From assembly GCF_006345805.1 (NCBI RefSeq), contig NC_043014.1:26784001-26848000 (forward strand): a stretch of DNA of 64,000 nucleotides. Reading direction: 5' to 3'. Made by a program: the position numbers and the translations under genes. Under the pieces are notes generated by a model that ran no database searches, had not been told where the DNA came from, and saw only the letters and a list, made by a program, of their open reading frames with translations. The stretch comes from Octopus sinensis (lineage: Eukaryota). Positions 12,967 through 26,300 of the stretch are shown piece by piece (positions within the stretch are counted from its first letter, which is position 1; each line of letters opens with the position of its first letter).

Positions 12967-13767
12967 GTAAGTAGTAGTTATTCAATTTTCCAAACTGCTT
13001 TCTTATTAGCTGAGACTATGGATATCCCTTGCTTGCAACACATCTAAATTCATATTCTGACACAAAATGATTTTTTTAAATGTTTGGTTTGAACTCCATA
13101 GTGTCTCTAATTACAATTAAATCTTCCCAAAATTATGCCCTACCATTTTCAAAATAAAAAGGGAAATGTCGGATACTGTTATCCTATATACTTAGTTTGG
13201 AAGGAAAAAAGATTAAATGGTCACAACTTGAATGGCTTTGGTCATATGTTTCAGTGCTATCCTAAAGTTTAAACAACAACAATTAAAAGAAAATAAAGGA
13301 TAAATTCACCAAGAATATGATGCAAGCAAATCCAAAGACCTATTCTTCAGTAATGAAACTGTACTAATGATAAATTTTTTAAAAATTTCACTATCATTTC
13401 ATTTAGTGAAGCTCCTTGTTTATATGATTTGTGGATCTTATTTGCAAAGTCTTTGTGTTGGATAGTTGTTTGGTCAAATTCTGGTGTAAAACCAAGTTTT
13501 TTCTGGAGTAGAACCATAACACAACTTTGGCAAGTGTCTTTTACTATAGTCCCAGGTTGACTATAGCAAAGAGGTGAATTAGGTAGACAGAAATTATCAT
13601 GGAGTTTATTGATACAGATTTTCTACAGCTGGAGGTCCTTCCCATTGTCAACTCTTACATGTTTCCAAACTAAAGCTGGAATAAGATACCAGACATGTTA
13701 AAAATGTTATCTGGCATACTCCTGTCACCTGAAACTAACGGTAGCATATAAAAACATATATTGTTTC

Positions 13768-15235
13768 ATCATCATCATCTTTTAACGTTCGTTGCCCATG
13801 CTGGCAGGGGTCGGATGGTTTGACCAGGACTATAAAGCTGGAAGGCCGCACCAGACTCCAGTCTGATTTGGCTTAGTTTTCTATGGCTGGATGCCCTTCT
13901 TAATGCCAACCACTCCGAGAATGTAATGAATGCTTTTACGTGCCATTTTCATGACACCAGTATCTGCCATAACTGCGATTTTACTTGGCTTGATGGGTCT
14001 TCTTCTTATGCATGATAAAGGTTTGACTGGAATTGGTAAGATGGGGAACTGCACTAGGTTTCAGTCTGATTTGGCATGGTTTCTATGCATGGATACCCTT
14101 CCTAACACCAACCATTTCAGGAGTGCCACTAGCATAGGTGCCATGTAAATGGCACTGGCGACAACCATGAAAATGATGCACAGGTGGGTACCCTTTACAT
14201 GATACCAGCAGCAACTGTGACTACGATTCATGGGTGCCATTTGCATAGCACCGGAAATGACCATGACAATTCACAGGTGCCCTTTACATGGTACTGGCAA
14301 TGACCATGACTACGATTCATGGGTGCCATTTACAAGGCACCAGCAGCAACCACGACTACGATTCACGGGTGCCATTTATATAGCACCATCAATGACCATG
14401 ACTACAACAATGATTCATGGGTGTCAATTACAAGGCACCAGCAATGGCCACAAATACGATTTCATGGGTGCCATTTACAGCACAGCTACAATGATTTCAT
14501 TTAGCTTGATGAGTCTTCTTATGCACAACATATTGCCTGAGGTCTCAGTTACTTGTCATCATCTCCATGATGACCAATACTCGAAGATTATGCTTCATCA
14601 GCTCGTCCCATGTCTTCCTGGGTCTACCTCTTCCACAGGTACCCTCCATAGTTAGAGATCAGCACTTCTTAGAATCAATACTTTCAAAACATCCTCCACC
14701 ATTGCAAATGGAATTACTTCCAACTCCTTTTCTACATACTGAGCAGGGCCATTTACCTGATAGCAAGAGAGTTTTATCTGCTTTCTTGCTAATAACAACT
14801 TTTGTCTTTGCCAGGTTTTGCTTTCCTTCCTGGAATTTCTTCTGCAGTTCTGCAATAAGAGTGAGGTCATTAGCATATACTAGTTCCCACAGGCATCCCA
14901 TTTTGAATTTTTGTGTTATGGCCTGGTTGACTATAATAAATAATAATGGAGTAAGAACTGAGCCCAGGTGGGCCTCTACTTGTACACTAAATTCATCACT
15001 GTATTCATGGCTGACTCTCACCCAACTGACAGCACTGCTGTACATGGCTTGTACAGCTCTAACAAGCCACTCATCTACTCCTAGTTGCCTTAGAGACCAC
15101 CAGACAACAGAGTGAGTGACTCTGTCAAAAGCTTTTTCCAAGTTAACAAAGGCCATGTACAGTGGTTTACTTTTGACCAAATACTTTACCTGCGGTTGTC
15201 TCACTAGGAAGATGGCATCTTCCCAGATACAAAAC
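13768..15235 (-). mobile_element. 5'-truncated RTE-clade LINE (RT fragment, 3' UTR, (GAT)n tail)
   Basis: ORF 14659-15204: AFVNLEKAFDRV, LGSVLTPLLF, LVYANDL; contiguous with the 3' UTR family and a tail at 13768. Confidence 0.88.
14180..14500. repeat. About 45-bp minisatellite (6-7 units) in the LINE 3' UTR
   Basis: Units of the form tgggtgccatttacaaggcaccagcaatgaccatgactacgattca. Confidence 0.85.
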
Positions 15236-16508
15236 CAAATTGCATCTCAATCAGTTTAATCCTATTCCTAACCAATTGAGCTATAACTCTCTGTAACTTT
15301 CATGACCTGGTCTAGTAGTTATAGTAAATAGGTAAAATCTCTTACAGCTGTTTCTAGAATAGGTAAGCATGTGGTGCATATGTTATCGAGTAAATATTTC
15401 TGCATAAGCTTACTATTCCATCATCATCAGAGAGAGGAAAGTAATGAATATCCTTAACAAGGATATTTGTAGTTATCATTTCATCGAATAACTAAGGAGT
15501 GTCCAAAGAAGAAATATAATATTGTTTGGTTGTTCCATGGTTGAAGAGAGCTAGTGTTTTTAATAGCTGTGTGCAAGACAGAAGACTGCGCTGGTTTACT
15601 CATATGATGTGGATGGATGCTGACAGCTCTCTCAAAGTGCTCAACCGGTACTTATTTTATCAACTCCTGAAAGAATGAAAGGCAAAGCTGAATTTGAACT
15701 CAGAACACAAAGACAGATGAAATGCCACAAAGCATTTTGTCCAGCATGCTAACAATTCTACTTAATAAACTTCACAGCTAATATATAAAGAAATGTATGA
15801 AGGCACTACTTTGTATTGAATTTTGTATTACCAAACTTCTGTGCGTGTGTGTATGTCTTCATCATACTCATTCAAACACAAGTCACCTTATCTTTCCAGT
15901 TTGCTTTGAACAAATGAAGCATCAAAGAATGAATTTTTAGTCTTACAGTAGACAAAACCTCTGTAGTTCTGGTGCCACAATTAATAGAACCATGACACTC
16001 TGTAAAGGGGTTGGTGAATAAACAAAACACTGTTGATAGAGAAGATTCCTTAGTCTCACTGAGGATATGACAACTGTTCTTGTATTGGAGCCATTATACA
16101 ATGCACCTACCAAGTTGTACACTCAGTAATTTGGTTAGAGTTAGAAAGGACATTAAATCCTAGGAATCATACCAAAATTGGAACATGCAAGAAAGGCATG
16201 GTACTCTGACTCATCTAGAAAGAAAGTAACTCTGAAAAATAATTGATTCAGAGATTATCCATCCAACTCATACCAGCATGGAAATCTGACATAGAAATGA
16301 TTTGATTGATTTTCCTCAGCTCATTTTCTTTTATAATTTGTAAATTCCACTGGCCAAAATTTATTCATAACTCATTTTCCACTTTTAAAAACTGTCAAGT
16401 GATCAAAATGACCTGAAAAGGTTCTATGCTGACGGTAGCAAAAGTTAGATATCAATACTATTGTTTACAAATTCGAATAAATAATGAATAAAAATTGTTT
16501 TATTTCAG

Positions 16509-16658
16509 TGTATTTGGGCTTTAGTAATGCTGTTCACAGGAGAAAGCCAGCATTTCATGGAAATCCTTGGTACTTTCACTGTATATTCTGCAATTAACAT
16601 CAATCTGTGTCATCTATACTATAGGTGGAAAGCACCTGATGTAAAGCGACCATATAAG
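16509..16658 (+). CDS. SLC7-like transporter exon (TM9-TM10)
   Basis: tatttcag|TGT...TATAAG|gtaaga, 150 nt; CIWALVMLFTGESQHFMEILGTFTVYSAININLCHLYYRWKAPDVKRPYK. Confidence 0.92.
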
Positions 16659-19600
16659 GTAAGAATAAGCTGGCCTTTTCTTTTTGTTTTCTCCAGTCAT
16701 TGTAAAAAGATGTAGAATATTGCCATAACAGCTTCATAGTGTTATATCATTATCCCTATGGTATGTGTCATAAAACTGAACCACACAGTCAGAAGATGAA
16801 GCCTTATGTCTAAATACACAGTGTTGTATCCCAGAACAATACATTATAACTTCTCAAAGAATGGAGAAAATTACCCAAGGATGCCTGCTGCAAGAAAACT
16901 TAACTGTAAAGTAGGCACTAGCATAGTGATGTAATAAACCAAGAAATTTTAATCAATATTACCTTAAGATTGAGAATAATCATTTTGGTTAGTAGTAGTA
17001 GTAGTAGTAGGAGGCAACATCAATAAACAAATAGCTTTACACCAACCAGTGGTAACAATGACCTGTAATAGCAGATGTTAAATTGTCAAACCAACAAAAT
17101 GAAAAAAAAACAAACAAACACATGAAGACGATTATAGAATGCAACAGTTAAAACATCATCATTGTTTTAATGTCTATTTTTCAATGCTTGCATTGTTCAG
17201 ACAGGATTTTTTGAGGCAGATTTCTATGGCTGGATACCCTTCATATCACCAACCCACACCTGTTTTCAAGCAATGCAATATTTTCTCATGGTCAGATATA
17301 TTTCATGGAACATTGAATAAATAATCTATATACAAAAGCCAATCTTAAAATTATTTGCACTGACTCATGTATATTACTGAAAAGCAAAAATCAATATTGA
17401 CAGGATTTGAACTCATCAAGGTCACCATAAACTATTTACTGTACAACACTCAAGTTGCCTTACTACCAAACTAAGCTAAAGATATTGTTACAAGGATGCT
17501 CGTTCACTGTCATGGTGGCTTGTTATATCGATGAAGACCATCATTGTGATGTCTAGCTGATTGTGTGTATAAATGAAGCAATTCACAAACTTTCAACTTT
17601 TAACATATTTATTGCCAGACATGATTTACTGTATTGACTTTTACAAAAGATGCTCATAATTTATGTACTGATTGGGAGGAGAGAACCACACTGAGTCTTG
17701 TAGAAGGCTAACTGTGGTACATCATGTGTTCGAAGTGGTTTCTTGCTTGAGGTGATCTGAGTGCCTGAGGTCTTAGCTGTCTGCCTGCTGTGAGTACTAA
17801 AGTTGGACTACCTTACTCATCATCCAAGGGGGCATATCACACCACGGCTTCATGTTGATTTATAGATCAACCATGTGAAACTATGATAGCTTACTTGTGA
17901 TTTCTAACTGAATATCTTGTGGTTGGGGTTTGAATCCATATAATATAATCATCTGATTAATATTTAATATACCAACAATATTAGTTAACACTTTAACTTC
18001 AATTTATGCTCACATGCTATTTAAAATCTTGCACAAAACTGTACATCCTTCATGAATAACGATTTTTTTCCCTTTTGCTTCTTATAAGGGCCCTTGAAAC
18101 TCTTGTCAAGTTTGACAGAACCAAAACACATCACAAGACAACAGACTACATAATCTTGCATTCCTTTTAACTTAGCATGAAAAATCCAGTTCAAGATTAT
18201 CATTCTAATAAATTTGCATGTGAAAATCTACATAGACATAACTGCATCACCAAAGTAGGATTCCAGAGAATATTTCAAGATGCTTCTGATGATGTCTTGA
18301 GCTAACTGGATCCTATAAAGGAGCTGTTGTGGTAGCAGACCATGAAACACGGTTGTAATTCCCCAGCATAGTTTGTTCAGTATAAATTTTGTATTCATAA
18401 GAGCAATATCTTTCATATAGGACAAAGTTCTTACATTACACTAAACACAGACAAAAAAGATTTTGGTTAGAATTTCCACTGAAGAGTTTGTTTGTTCAAT
18501 CAACTGAGATGTCTATTCATTGACTTAACAAACAAATGGTTAAGCATCGTATGGACACTTGTAGCCTTTACATAACTCTTAGGGAAATGACACAACCTGT
18601 GTCATTTATGGGTAAAATTCATCCAGCAGGCTTTCAACAATTCTTTCAAATCACTTTCTCTCGGGAAGCTTGGATTGACCCAAAGCTGATACTTGCCCAA
18701 GATAACATGCAGTGAAGTTGAACCTGGGATATTGTGACTGTGAAGCAAACTTTTCAGCATCTAACATCACACATAGATACTTTACACTTAATTGTATGTA
18801 ACAAGCTTATATTCTTCAATTAATATTTCTAACATGACCATCCTATCAGCTATTCTGGCATATCCAGGCTCACTTTAGCCTGCATATTTATTTTAAGAAA
18901 AAAGTTGTTTAAAGATTTGATTGATTATAATAAGCAAACAGCTAAAATCTGCTGTCCTCAGCTATGCAAAGACAAGGAAAGATAGATCTGTGAATTGTAA
19001 CTAATTATTCAGCCAACTACCTGCATATAGAACAGCTTAAGCAAAGCTAACCTTTAGGCTATATAATCACAAAATCTCTAATAAAAACACTTATTACCAT
19101 CATTACACCTATTTTAATTTGATAACTTTGCTAACATAGGTGACACATCAATTCAGTTTCTTCAAAGACACATGTACATTAGGTATTTCCATTTATGTAA
19201 ATATAGCAGGGATTTATTTTCTTCAATGCCTGCATGGTAATGATAGGTGCAGACATGACTGTAAGTAACAAAGCTTGTTCTGAAACTACATGGTTTCACA
19301 TTACATTCCGCTATACTTGGGCAGCATCTTGGACAAGTGTTTTGTACTGGGACTGACAAATGTCTCAAGTTAAACTGGTAAATGAAAACTGTACTGAAGA
19401 CTGTTTTGTGTGTGTGTGTATGCATGAGCATAGATGTTTATTACCGTTTCTTTACATGACACTGCTTGGTCATATCTTTTACTTCTGTAAATACCACTAA
19501 GCAGTTTTAGTATGTGAATGTAAGTGAAATAAAGATACCTTACTTGAGATACAGGAAAGGGTTAGCAACAAGAAGGGTATCCAGCCATAGAATAAGCTTC

Positions 19601-19813
19601 AATAAGTCCATCTGACCAATACCAGCATTAAAAAGCATTTACAAAGTAACCCCATAAAGAAGAAACTGTGAAAACTATTTAAATACATCCTTTGAATGGT
19701 TCTTTAAGTGTTGATTAGGCTATGTTTAACTTCATTTCCTTACCAGACAAAGCAATAACAATCAAAGCTAACACCTCATCACCTAATTATGTTACCAATT
19801 CTCTTCCCTTTAG

Positions 19814-19991
19814 GTGAATATTTCTATTCCGATTTTTCAACTTATCTTCAACATCTTCGTCATGACAGCTGCAATATATTCCAGCCGAAATAGTGTAGCA
19901 CTATCAGTATCCCTTCTGCTGGCAGCAATACCAGTTTATTGGATTTGTATCTCCTGGAAGAAAAAACCCAAGAATTTCCAAGAATTTCTCA
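19814..19991 (+). CDS. SLC7-like transporter exon (TM11-TM12)
   Basis: cctttag|GTG...TTTCTCA|gtaaga, 178 nt; VNISIPIFQLIFNIFVMTAAIYSSRNSVALSVSLLLAAIPVYWICISWKKKPKNFQEFL. Confidence 0.92.
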
Positions 19992-20239
19992 GTAAGAAAA
20001 CCATTAAGTTTTTCAGTTATTGCACATGATAGATCATATTTGTTTTCTTGTATTCTCGCATATTGATATTGAAAAAAAAAAGCCTTTCCTCTAGATTTTC
20101 AAACATTGAACCATGTTGATTGTGTCGACAGCAAAACCATTATGGATCACATCTTACATTTCTAATTGATAATAAATATCTATATGATTATTAAAAAAAA
20201 GGGAAAATAGCAGGGGCATCTTCCAGATTGTGACCTGAC

Positions 20240-22033
20240 TTTTCAACCAGTCACTTTGTCCACGTTTTTGTATCTGAGGATTTTTTGTCCAGCGACTTTG
20301 TCCAATTTTAAATAAACTCTTTAGAAAACAAGGTGAACATGAAAATCAAATAATCATTGAGAATTTTATTGATAGAATTCAAGTAAAATACTGTGGAAAA
20401 ATGTATTTAAAAAAGTAATAAGCTATAACTAATGATTTATAATGATCACTTAAAATTAATGCAAATTATATGCCACACTCTTCAAAAAAATCAATTTTTC
20501 TTGTTGACCCATATTCAATGAGCAATCTTTTGAGGCGTTCATTTATTCTTTGATACTGTGTACATGAATTTGATGGATCTCCTCAAAGAATTTGAGTCAT
20601 TTTACCTTGAACAAACCCTTCCTCTTCCTTCAGAGTTATGATTAATTTCCAAATAGTCAAATGTGCTCCACCCGCCGAATGCTTTATCACATAATGAAAC
20701 CCCTCTGCAACATTATTTGTTCTGGGAAGATCTTGAAGAATATGCTGATTAACATTCCATACAGCATTTGGAAATGTAGGTGGTTCTCTCCTTCGTCTAG
20801 CACCACATCCTCTCACAAGGCCTATGTAAGTCAAGTCAAAGTAAGCAATGAAGTCAGCAGGTATTTCTTAATCATCTATTAATTCTTCATAAACCTTTTC
20901 GATGAGTAGGAAGGCTAATGCTGAAAAACATCGAATTTTAAGACAGAATTCAATCTTTATTGAGGCCTAAATCTGTAATTTTTCAAAATACTGATTGTCT
21001 CAAATGAAACAAACATGCCACAAAAGATGAATTAAATGCCTTATGAACTGCAACTTCGAAATCTGCCATGAGATCAAGTGGATATGAATTAGGTTGCATA
21101 ATTTTCAATTGCTCGAAAAGTAATTGATATATCTGCTTTGTTTTATTTATCAGTAATGCAAAGACCTGTGGAAAACTGCTACCTTTAACTTGTACATGAA
21201 TGCTAAACAGTTGAAACCACTGTTCTGGCACAATTTTGAACGTTCCATCACGATATAATGCTATATCCTGAAGAGCACTTTTTGATGCAAATACTAGTAT
21301 ACGCAGTTGATCCTCGATACCCAAATTGTATCTCAGAAATTGTTTGCCATTATCAAGTTTACAATATTCTTCAGGTGTTTCAAAACCAGTTCTACCCCCT
21401 GGATTAGCAGGAAATCCAGAATTTTTTTGTCAGCACCTTTGAATAATCCTAGCATAAGTGATCATAAGCGTAAACTTAGCTGCTGTTATGCTTCGTGAAC
21501 TTGCTGCTATGTTTTCCACCACTTCATGCTTGATTTCTGCAACTTCTTTTCTAACATTTAACAAATCTACACCAGCTGGATGAAGGTGCTCACTAGAAAA
21601 ATAAATCATTTTTGCTCATTGTTTTCCATTGAGGTGTGAATTCGCACTGAACATAGCCTTCTTTTCTCACATCTCCAGTATTCTTTTCCTAGTTTTGTAT
21701 TTCTTGAATGAAAATCGTAGATGTAATTACTCTCATGAAGTACTTTTCTTTTGTTTTTGGTCAATACAATGAATTTTGTCATTTCGGGATGGGTAAATTA
21801 AAAATGTGTACACTACATTTGCAGCACTGTACTTAAGAGAGAGAAGGAAAAAGAGGAAGTAAAACTGTTAACAGAGAAGGAAAAAGAATAACAACAATCC
21901 TATAACAAGGCTCGTTACAGTTCTGTGAATATATCATTAGAGATATTTCACCTTGTTTTCTAAAGAGTTTATTTAAAATTGGACAAAAAGACATGGACGA
22001 AGTAACATTGGACAAAGTGACACTGGATGAAAA
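20240..22033 (-). mobile_element. Mutator-like (MULE) DNA transposon with FLYWCH-MULE transposase remnant and TIRs
   Basis: Minus strand: MTKFIVLTKNKRKVLHESNYIY...EYWRCEKR (FLYWCH-like); RDGTFK...FQLFSIH...FALL...MADFE...CLFHLRQ; PRTNNVAEGFH. The TIR tgtccaattttaaataaactctttagaaaacaaggtgaa is exact at both ends. Confidence 0.9.
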
Positions 22034-22995
22034 GAGATAGCACCCTTCCACTTGATTCAATGAGAGCTTCTGTCAAATCACTCAATTGCTGGAAACAGCA
22101 GCCAATACCCAAAAATCACAAAATAAAGTTTAAATTTAAAAAATAGGAAACACTGGATAATGTAGTCTTACATATAATATGCTTGAAAGAAAAGAAAGAA
22201 CTGGACCAGATGATCAATGTTGGAATATCTGCAGTCAGGGCTAACCTAGGGTTAAACAAACTATAACTACCATAGCTGATTTTCCCAGTAAATCTAAAGA
22301 TAACAACACGTGGCAGTATCAAGAAACCACAACAGTCCTCAACATCATTACCAACATTTTACATCTGCTTTCCATGTTGGCATGAGTTAGACAGGTTGTC
22401 ATAATCTGAGTCAGTTGTTATTCAGAACTACTGTCCTCTTGAACATGCAGGAGTATATCTCACTCATTCATTCAATTTCTAGCAGGGTTTCTATATTTAG
22501 ATGCCGTCTTTATTACTAATCATTTTATAGTGTACTGGGTATATTTTATTGTAACACCAGTACTAAAAGACATCATGTCCTCAACAAGACTAAAGTTGCA
22601 TAATTTCTGTTCAATTGCCAATATTATAGAGTGCATTGGATGAACTTTATCATGACACTGGCTTAGTTGAGGTTGCAATCTATCAAGGCTAGACAGTTTT
22701 CACTTGCCAACGTGTTCAAACACTAACTATATTGTTCAAGATGAATAGAAGCAAGAGTGATGACATAAGAATCAAGACAGGTGGGTGAAGTTTGCAAGAG
22801 TGTGTGTGAGTGAGAGTAATAAATATTAAAAGAGATAAAGCTAGTCAATAGTGAGAGAAGGTGATTATATTTTTAATAGCAGTAATCTTTGTATTTTTTA
22901 ATAATTGATAGTACTGTAGTAAACCTTCCTATAGACAGTGTAGTTTATTGTTGTTACTCAACTATTCCTTATTTTGAGTTGTTTCTATATTCCAG

Positions 22996-23048
22996 ACAAA
23001 TCAAGTATTATACTCCAAAAATTATTCAACATGAGAGTTGCAGCATAA
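22996..23048 (+). CDS. SLC7-like transporter terminal coding exon
   Basis: tatattccag|AC AAA TCA...GCA TAA; a phase-1 join gives NKSSIILQKLFNMRVAA*, with the family QKL motif. Confidence 0.8.
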
Positions 23049-23350
23049 GAAAGAGAAAAAAAAAGAGCTCAACAGGAAGCGAAAACCACTTGTATAGTAC
23101 AAGTTATGCATGCCAGCACACAGACACACATATTATACATGGCCTGCAATATCATACTTCACAAAGCTCAACAAAGTAGGTCATTAATCATTGCTAGTAC
23201 AGGATATGGGTGTGTTGAAATTACGAGGAATCAGCTCATATCTATTTTGTGTGACATCAGACAAGCCAAGCAATTATGGATATACTCCCAAGTATCAATA
23301 GCTGATTGTAAATATGATACACAACAGACAAGCTGATTCTCCACTATATG

Positions 23351-23356
23351 AATAAA
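23351..23356 (+). promoter_or_regulatory. Candidate polyadenylation signal of the SLC7-like gene
   Basis: First AATAAA seen about 300 nt after the stop codon; no transcript evidence. Confidence 0.3.
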
Positions 23357-26300
23357 AATATGCATCCATTTCTTATATACTAAGACCTGAGAATATTGAC
23401 AATGTAACAAAGTTATATTTATGATACGTGTTGCAGCAAGAACTTCAGAGTTTCAAACTGTTGAAATACCCACCTTCCTCAGGATTATCTTTTAAAAAAA
23501 TAGCAAGAATAAAAATTAATAGAAATGGAAGAGTGAAAAATTATCATAACTAGATTGATTAAATTCAAGATAGTTAGTATAGAAATAGAGACATTAATAA
23601 GACTACCAGTTAACTTTTATACAATCTCTTGATTTTTTAAAATCCAAAAGTAATTATTATAGAAACCGATTAAGTAGTATTATCATCATTTAGTGTCCAC
23701 TTTTCCATGCTTGTATGGATCAGATGAAATTTGTTGAGGCAGGTTTTCTACAGTCAAATACCCTTCTTGCTGCTAATCCTTATCTGTTTATGAGTGAGGT
23801 AATATTTTCCAATGGCAAGGTATATTTATTTCCAGTCTCCTGTGAAAAATAACTTCAATTGTATGATGGCAATGTGCATTTACAACCATCAAGTTATGGC
23901 TAGGCAAGAGTACACACACAATTATATATATATGCAACAGGCTTCTTTCAGTTTCTATCTACTGAATTATAAGGCGTTGGTTGACCCAGGGCTATAGTAG
24001 AAGACACTTGCATAAAGGTGCCATGCAGTGAGACTGAACCCCAGACCACAAGGTTGGGAAGCAAGCTTCTTAACCACACAGTAAGTAACACCTGTGCCAC
24101 AGGAGCAAAAACATTGGCTAGAAACTACCAACCACCAAAAGTTGTTGCAGCAGTGTCAGAGCCCTTGATTAAACCAGCAGGGATGGCAACTGAAAAGAAA
24201 ACAACCCATGTTTAGAGCACTATGTACCACTGGTATGAGATATAGAGAAAAGGTACCTCATTTACATCTTCATATGATACTATAGAAACCTACACATTGG
24301 TTAGATATGCAAACCAATCTCTTATAAATCAAAATCTATAACAGAGGGAAGTTGAAGGAATGCAGTGAGACAATTACTCCCACCACACCCTCTATTTTCT
24401 ACCATCTTCTTTGTCCATATGTAGCTCAACAATCCCCTTTGCAATCTTCCTATACCTCCTTTTCCTAAGGTAGGTTTGTCCTCAGACAACCATATTTAGT
24501 ATAGGAAGAGTATTATGGTATCATAGTCTATGACCAAAACACTTCAATTTCACCTTATAAACTGACAGTAAAGTTCCATAGTTTGCAGTTTCCCCCATAA
24601 TTTTTCTTAACACCCTCATTAAATTTTTCTTTTGTATATGGAATGTGAAGCATCTTTCTTGGACATTTCATTTCAAATGTCATATTTTTCTCACTTTCAG
24701 TATCTGATATGCACAATTCATGCCCACAGAATACAGTTAAAATTGAAAAAATTGGTTAGAACCTTTATGAAATTACAGATGTTGTTTACACAAATAAATA
24801 TGGTGGTTGTAGAAACTAACTTCAACTAGAATATAAGAAGTAACTGGTTGAAAATAACAGTAAAACACAACACAAAAATAAAACAAACAAAACTCAAGTA
24901 TATTTCAAATATTTTACTGTCGTAAGAATTGCCTTCTGCTGGAACTAGTTTCTCGAATTAACATAGTTTTGCATCAAATCTCATTAACAAAAATAAGTTT
25001 CTCCTTAAGTACCAAGAGAAGGATGGCCATAGTTAATTAGTATAGCCATTAAAATCTTAACGTTGGCATGAGGTAAAAATGTAAAGGTCAGTCATAACAG
25101 GATTAGAAGGTATGTGGCATGGTTTCTATATAAAGAACCCCACTGCATGCTGTGTACATGTGTCTGTGTCTGTGTATTTATAAATGTATACTTAGGGAAA
25201 CATATATCTGGCACAGTTTTTTATAGTTTCTTAGCTGATAATATTTTGCATTCAAAAATATTGATTGTCATTGAACTTGTTTGATGTGAACAACCAAAGA
25301 AATAAATAAAATTTGCAAATGACATATATTTCATAAGGTAATTATAGTCTAGCCTGATGTAATGTTAGATTCAGTCAAGTTGCTGATCTTGCTATAGATA
25401 AGATTCAAAAGTGAAAGCAGATTGATAAGCGTTGAGTACACATCTTTTACATTGTGGACCACCTCTTATGGAAACAGATGTCAAAGAAGATAGTTTGCAC
25501 CACTTCTCTTGCATGTGTGTGTGTTTACATAGGTATAAAGTCTAAGAGTTACAGAAATATGAGGGGACTTGAGAAGCTGTCTTTCCCCAAAAAACATTTA
25601 CCATATAGAAAGATGTTGAAGACAAAAGATATCACAGACTCAGTTTGCTAAGAGGGAAAATACTGCAGCCTTGTTGAATTAATGGAGAAGCCTGCTAAAA
25701 ATAGGAGCCAAACAAAACCCTAGTCTTAAAGAAAAAACACAAACTGGCCACAATGTAATCATTGATATAAAAAAGGAACAGATGGTCATGCTAGAATACC
25801 TTGAACAATAGGTGTGTTTTATCAAAGGCAACAACAGCAGCATAATGATCTCATTTGTAAAGCAGGGCTAGAGTGTAAACAAAAGAAATGAAACAGTATA
25901 TTACTGGTACTTATTTTGTTGCCCATGGAAGTACAAAAGTCAAAGGTGATTACAGCCACAGACAACCTAGCTACATGGTTAAGAAACTTCCATGGCAACC
26001 ATATGGTTTCAGGTTTATTCCCATTACAGAGCACCTCACCTAGTGCCTTTCACAATAGCTTTCATCTAATGAATTCCTTAAAAGTGGGAATGGGTAGATA
26101 GAAACTATGCAGAAGCCTGTCATATATATATGTAGGTGTCTTTCACTAATATATATCAGTGAAGGCAACAAGCTGGCAGAATTGTTAGCAGCATTTCATT
26201 TATCTGTACATTGCGAATTCAAATTCTGCTGAGGTCCACTTTGCCTTTCATCCTTTCAGAGTCAATAAAATTAGCCTGCCCCTTATCCAAAATTGCCAGC

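Larger units (their letters stand above)
10473..23048 (+). other. Gene span (3' part; upstream exons not found in window): SLC7/LAT-family (HAT light-chain-like) amino-acid transporter, join(10473..10576,12870..12966,16509..16658,19814..19991,22996..23048)
   Basis: Five GT-AG exons of 104/97/150/178/53 nt splice in frame (phases 0-2-0-0-1). Product: DFTRHIYEPLTSLTSVLVAISSIGALIAAVLAQPR|LLFAAAKFGHSPTIMRMLHERFKTPWLANFAL|CIWALVMLF...RWKAPDVKRPYK|VNISIPIF...IPVYWICISWKKKPKNFQEFL|NKSSIILQKLFNMRVAA*. This matches TM8-TM12 and the C-terminus of LAT/y+LAT proteins (GHxP, TP, RPxKV, PVY, WKxKP, QKL). Exon sizes match those I recall for human SLC7A5 exons 6-9. Confidence 0.9.

Noticed and set aside
14180-14500. 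CRISPR-like array of palindromic units
   Set aside because: The inter-dyad sequences are homologous to each other rather than unique spacers, there are no cas genes, and the context is a eukaryotic LINE UTR.
18021-18425. Two adjacent minus-strand ORFs as a possible transposase relic
   Set aside because: No recognisable catalytic motif or TIRs; I cannot support a call.
24632-24829. ORF ending MLFTQINMVVVETNFN as the last SLC7 exon
   Set aside because: Its plausible acceptors are phase 0, but the upstream exon ends in phase 1. 22996-23048 fits the phase and carries QKL.
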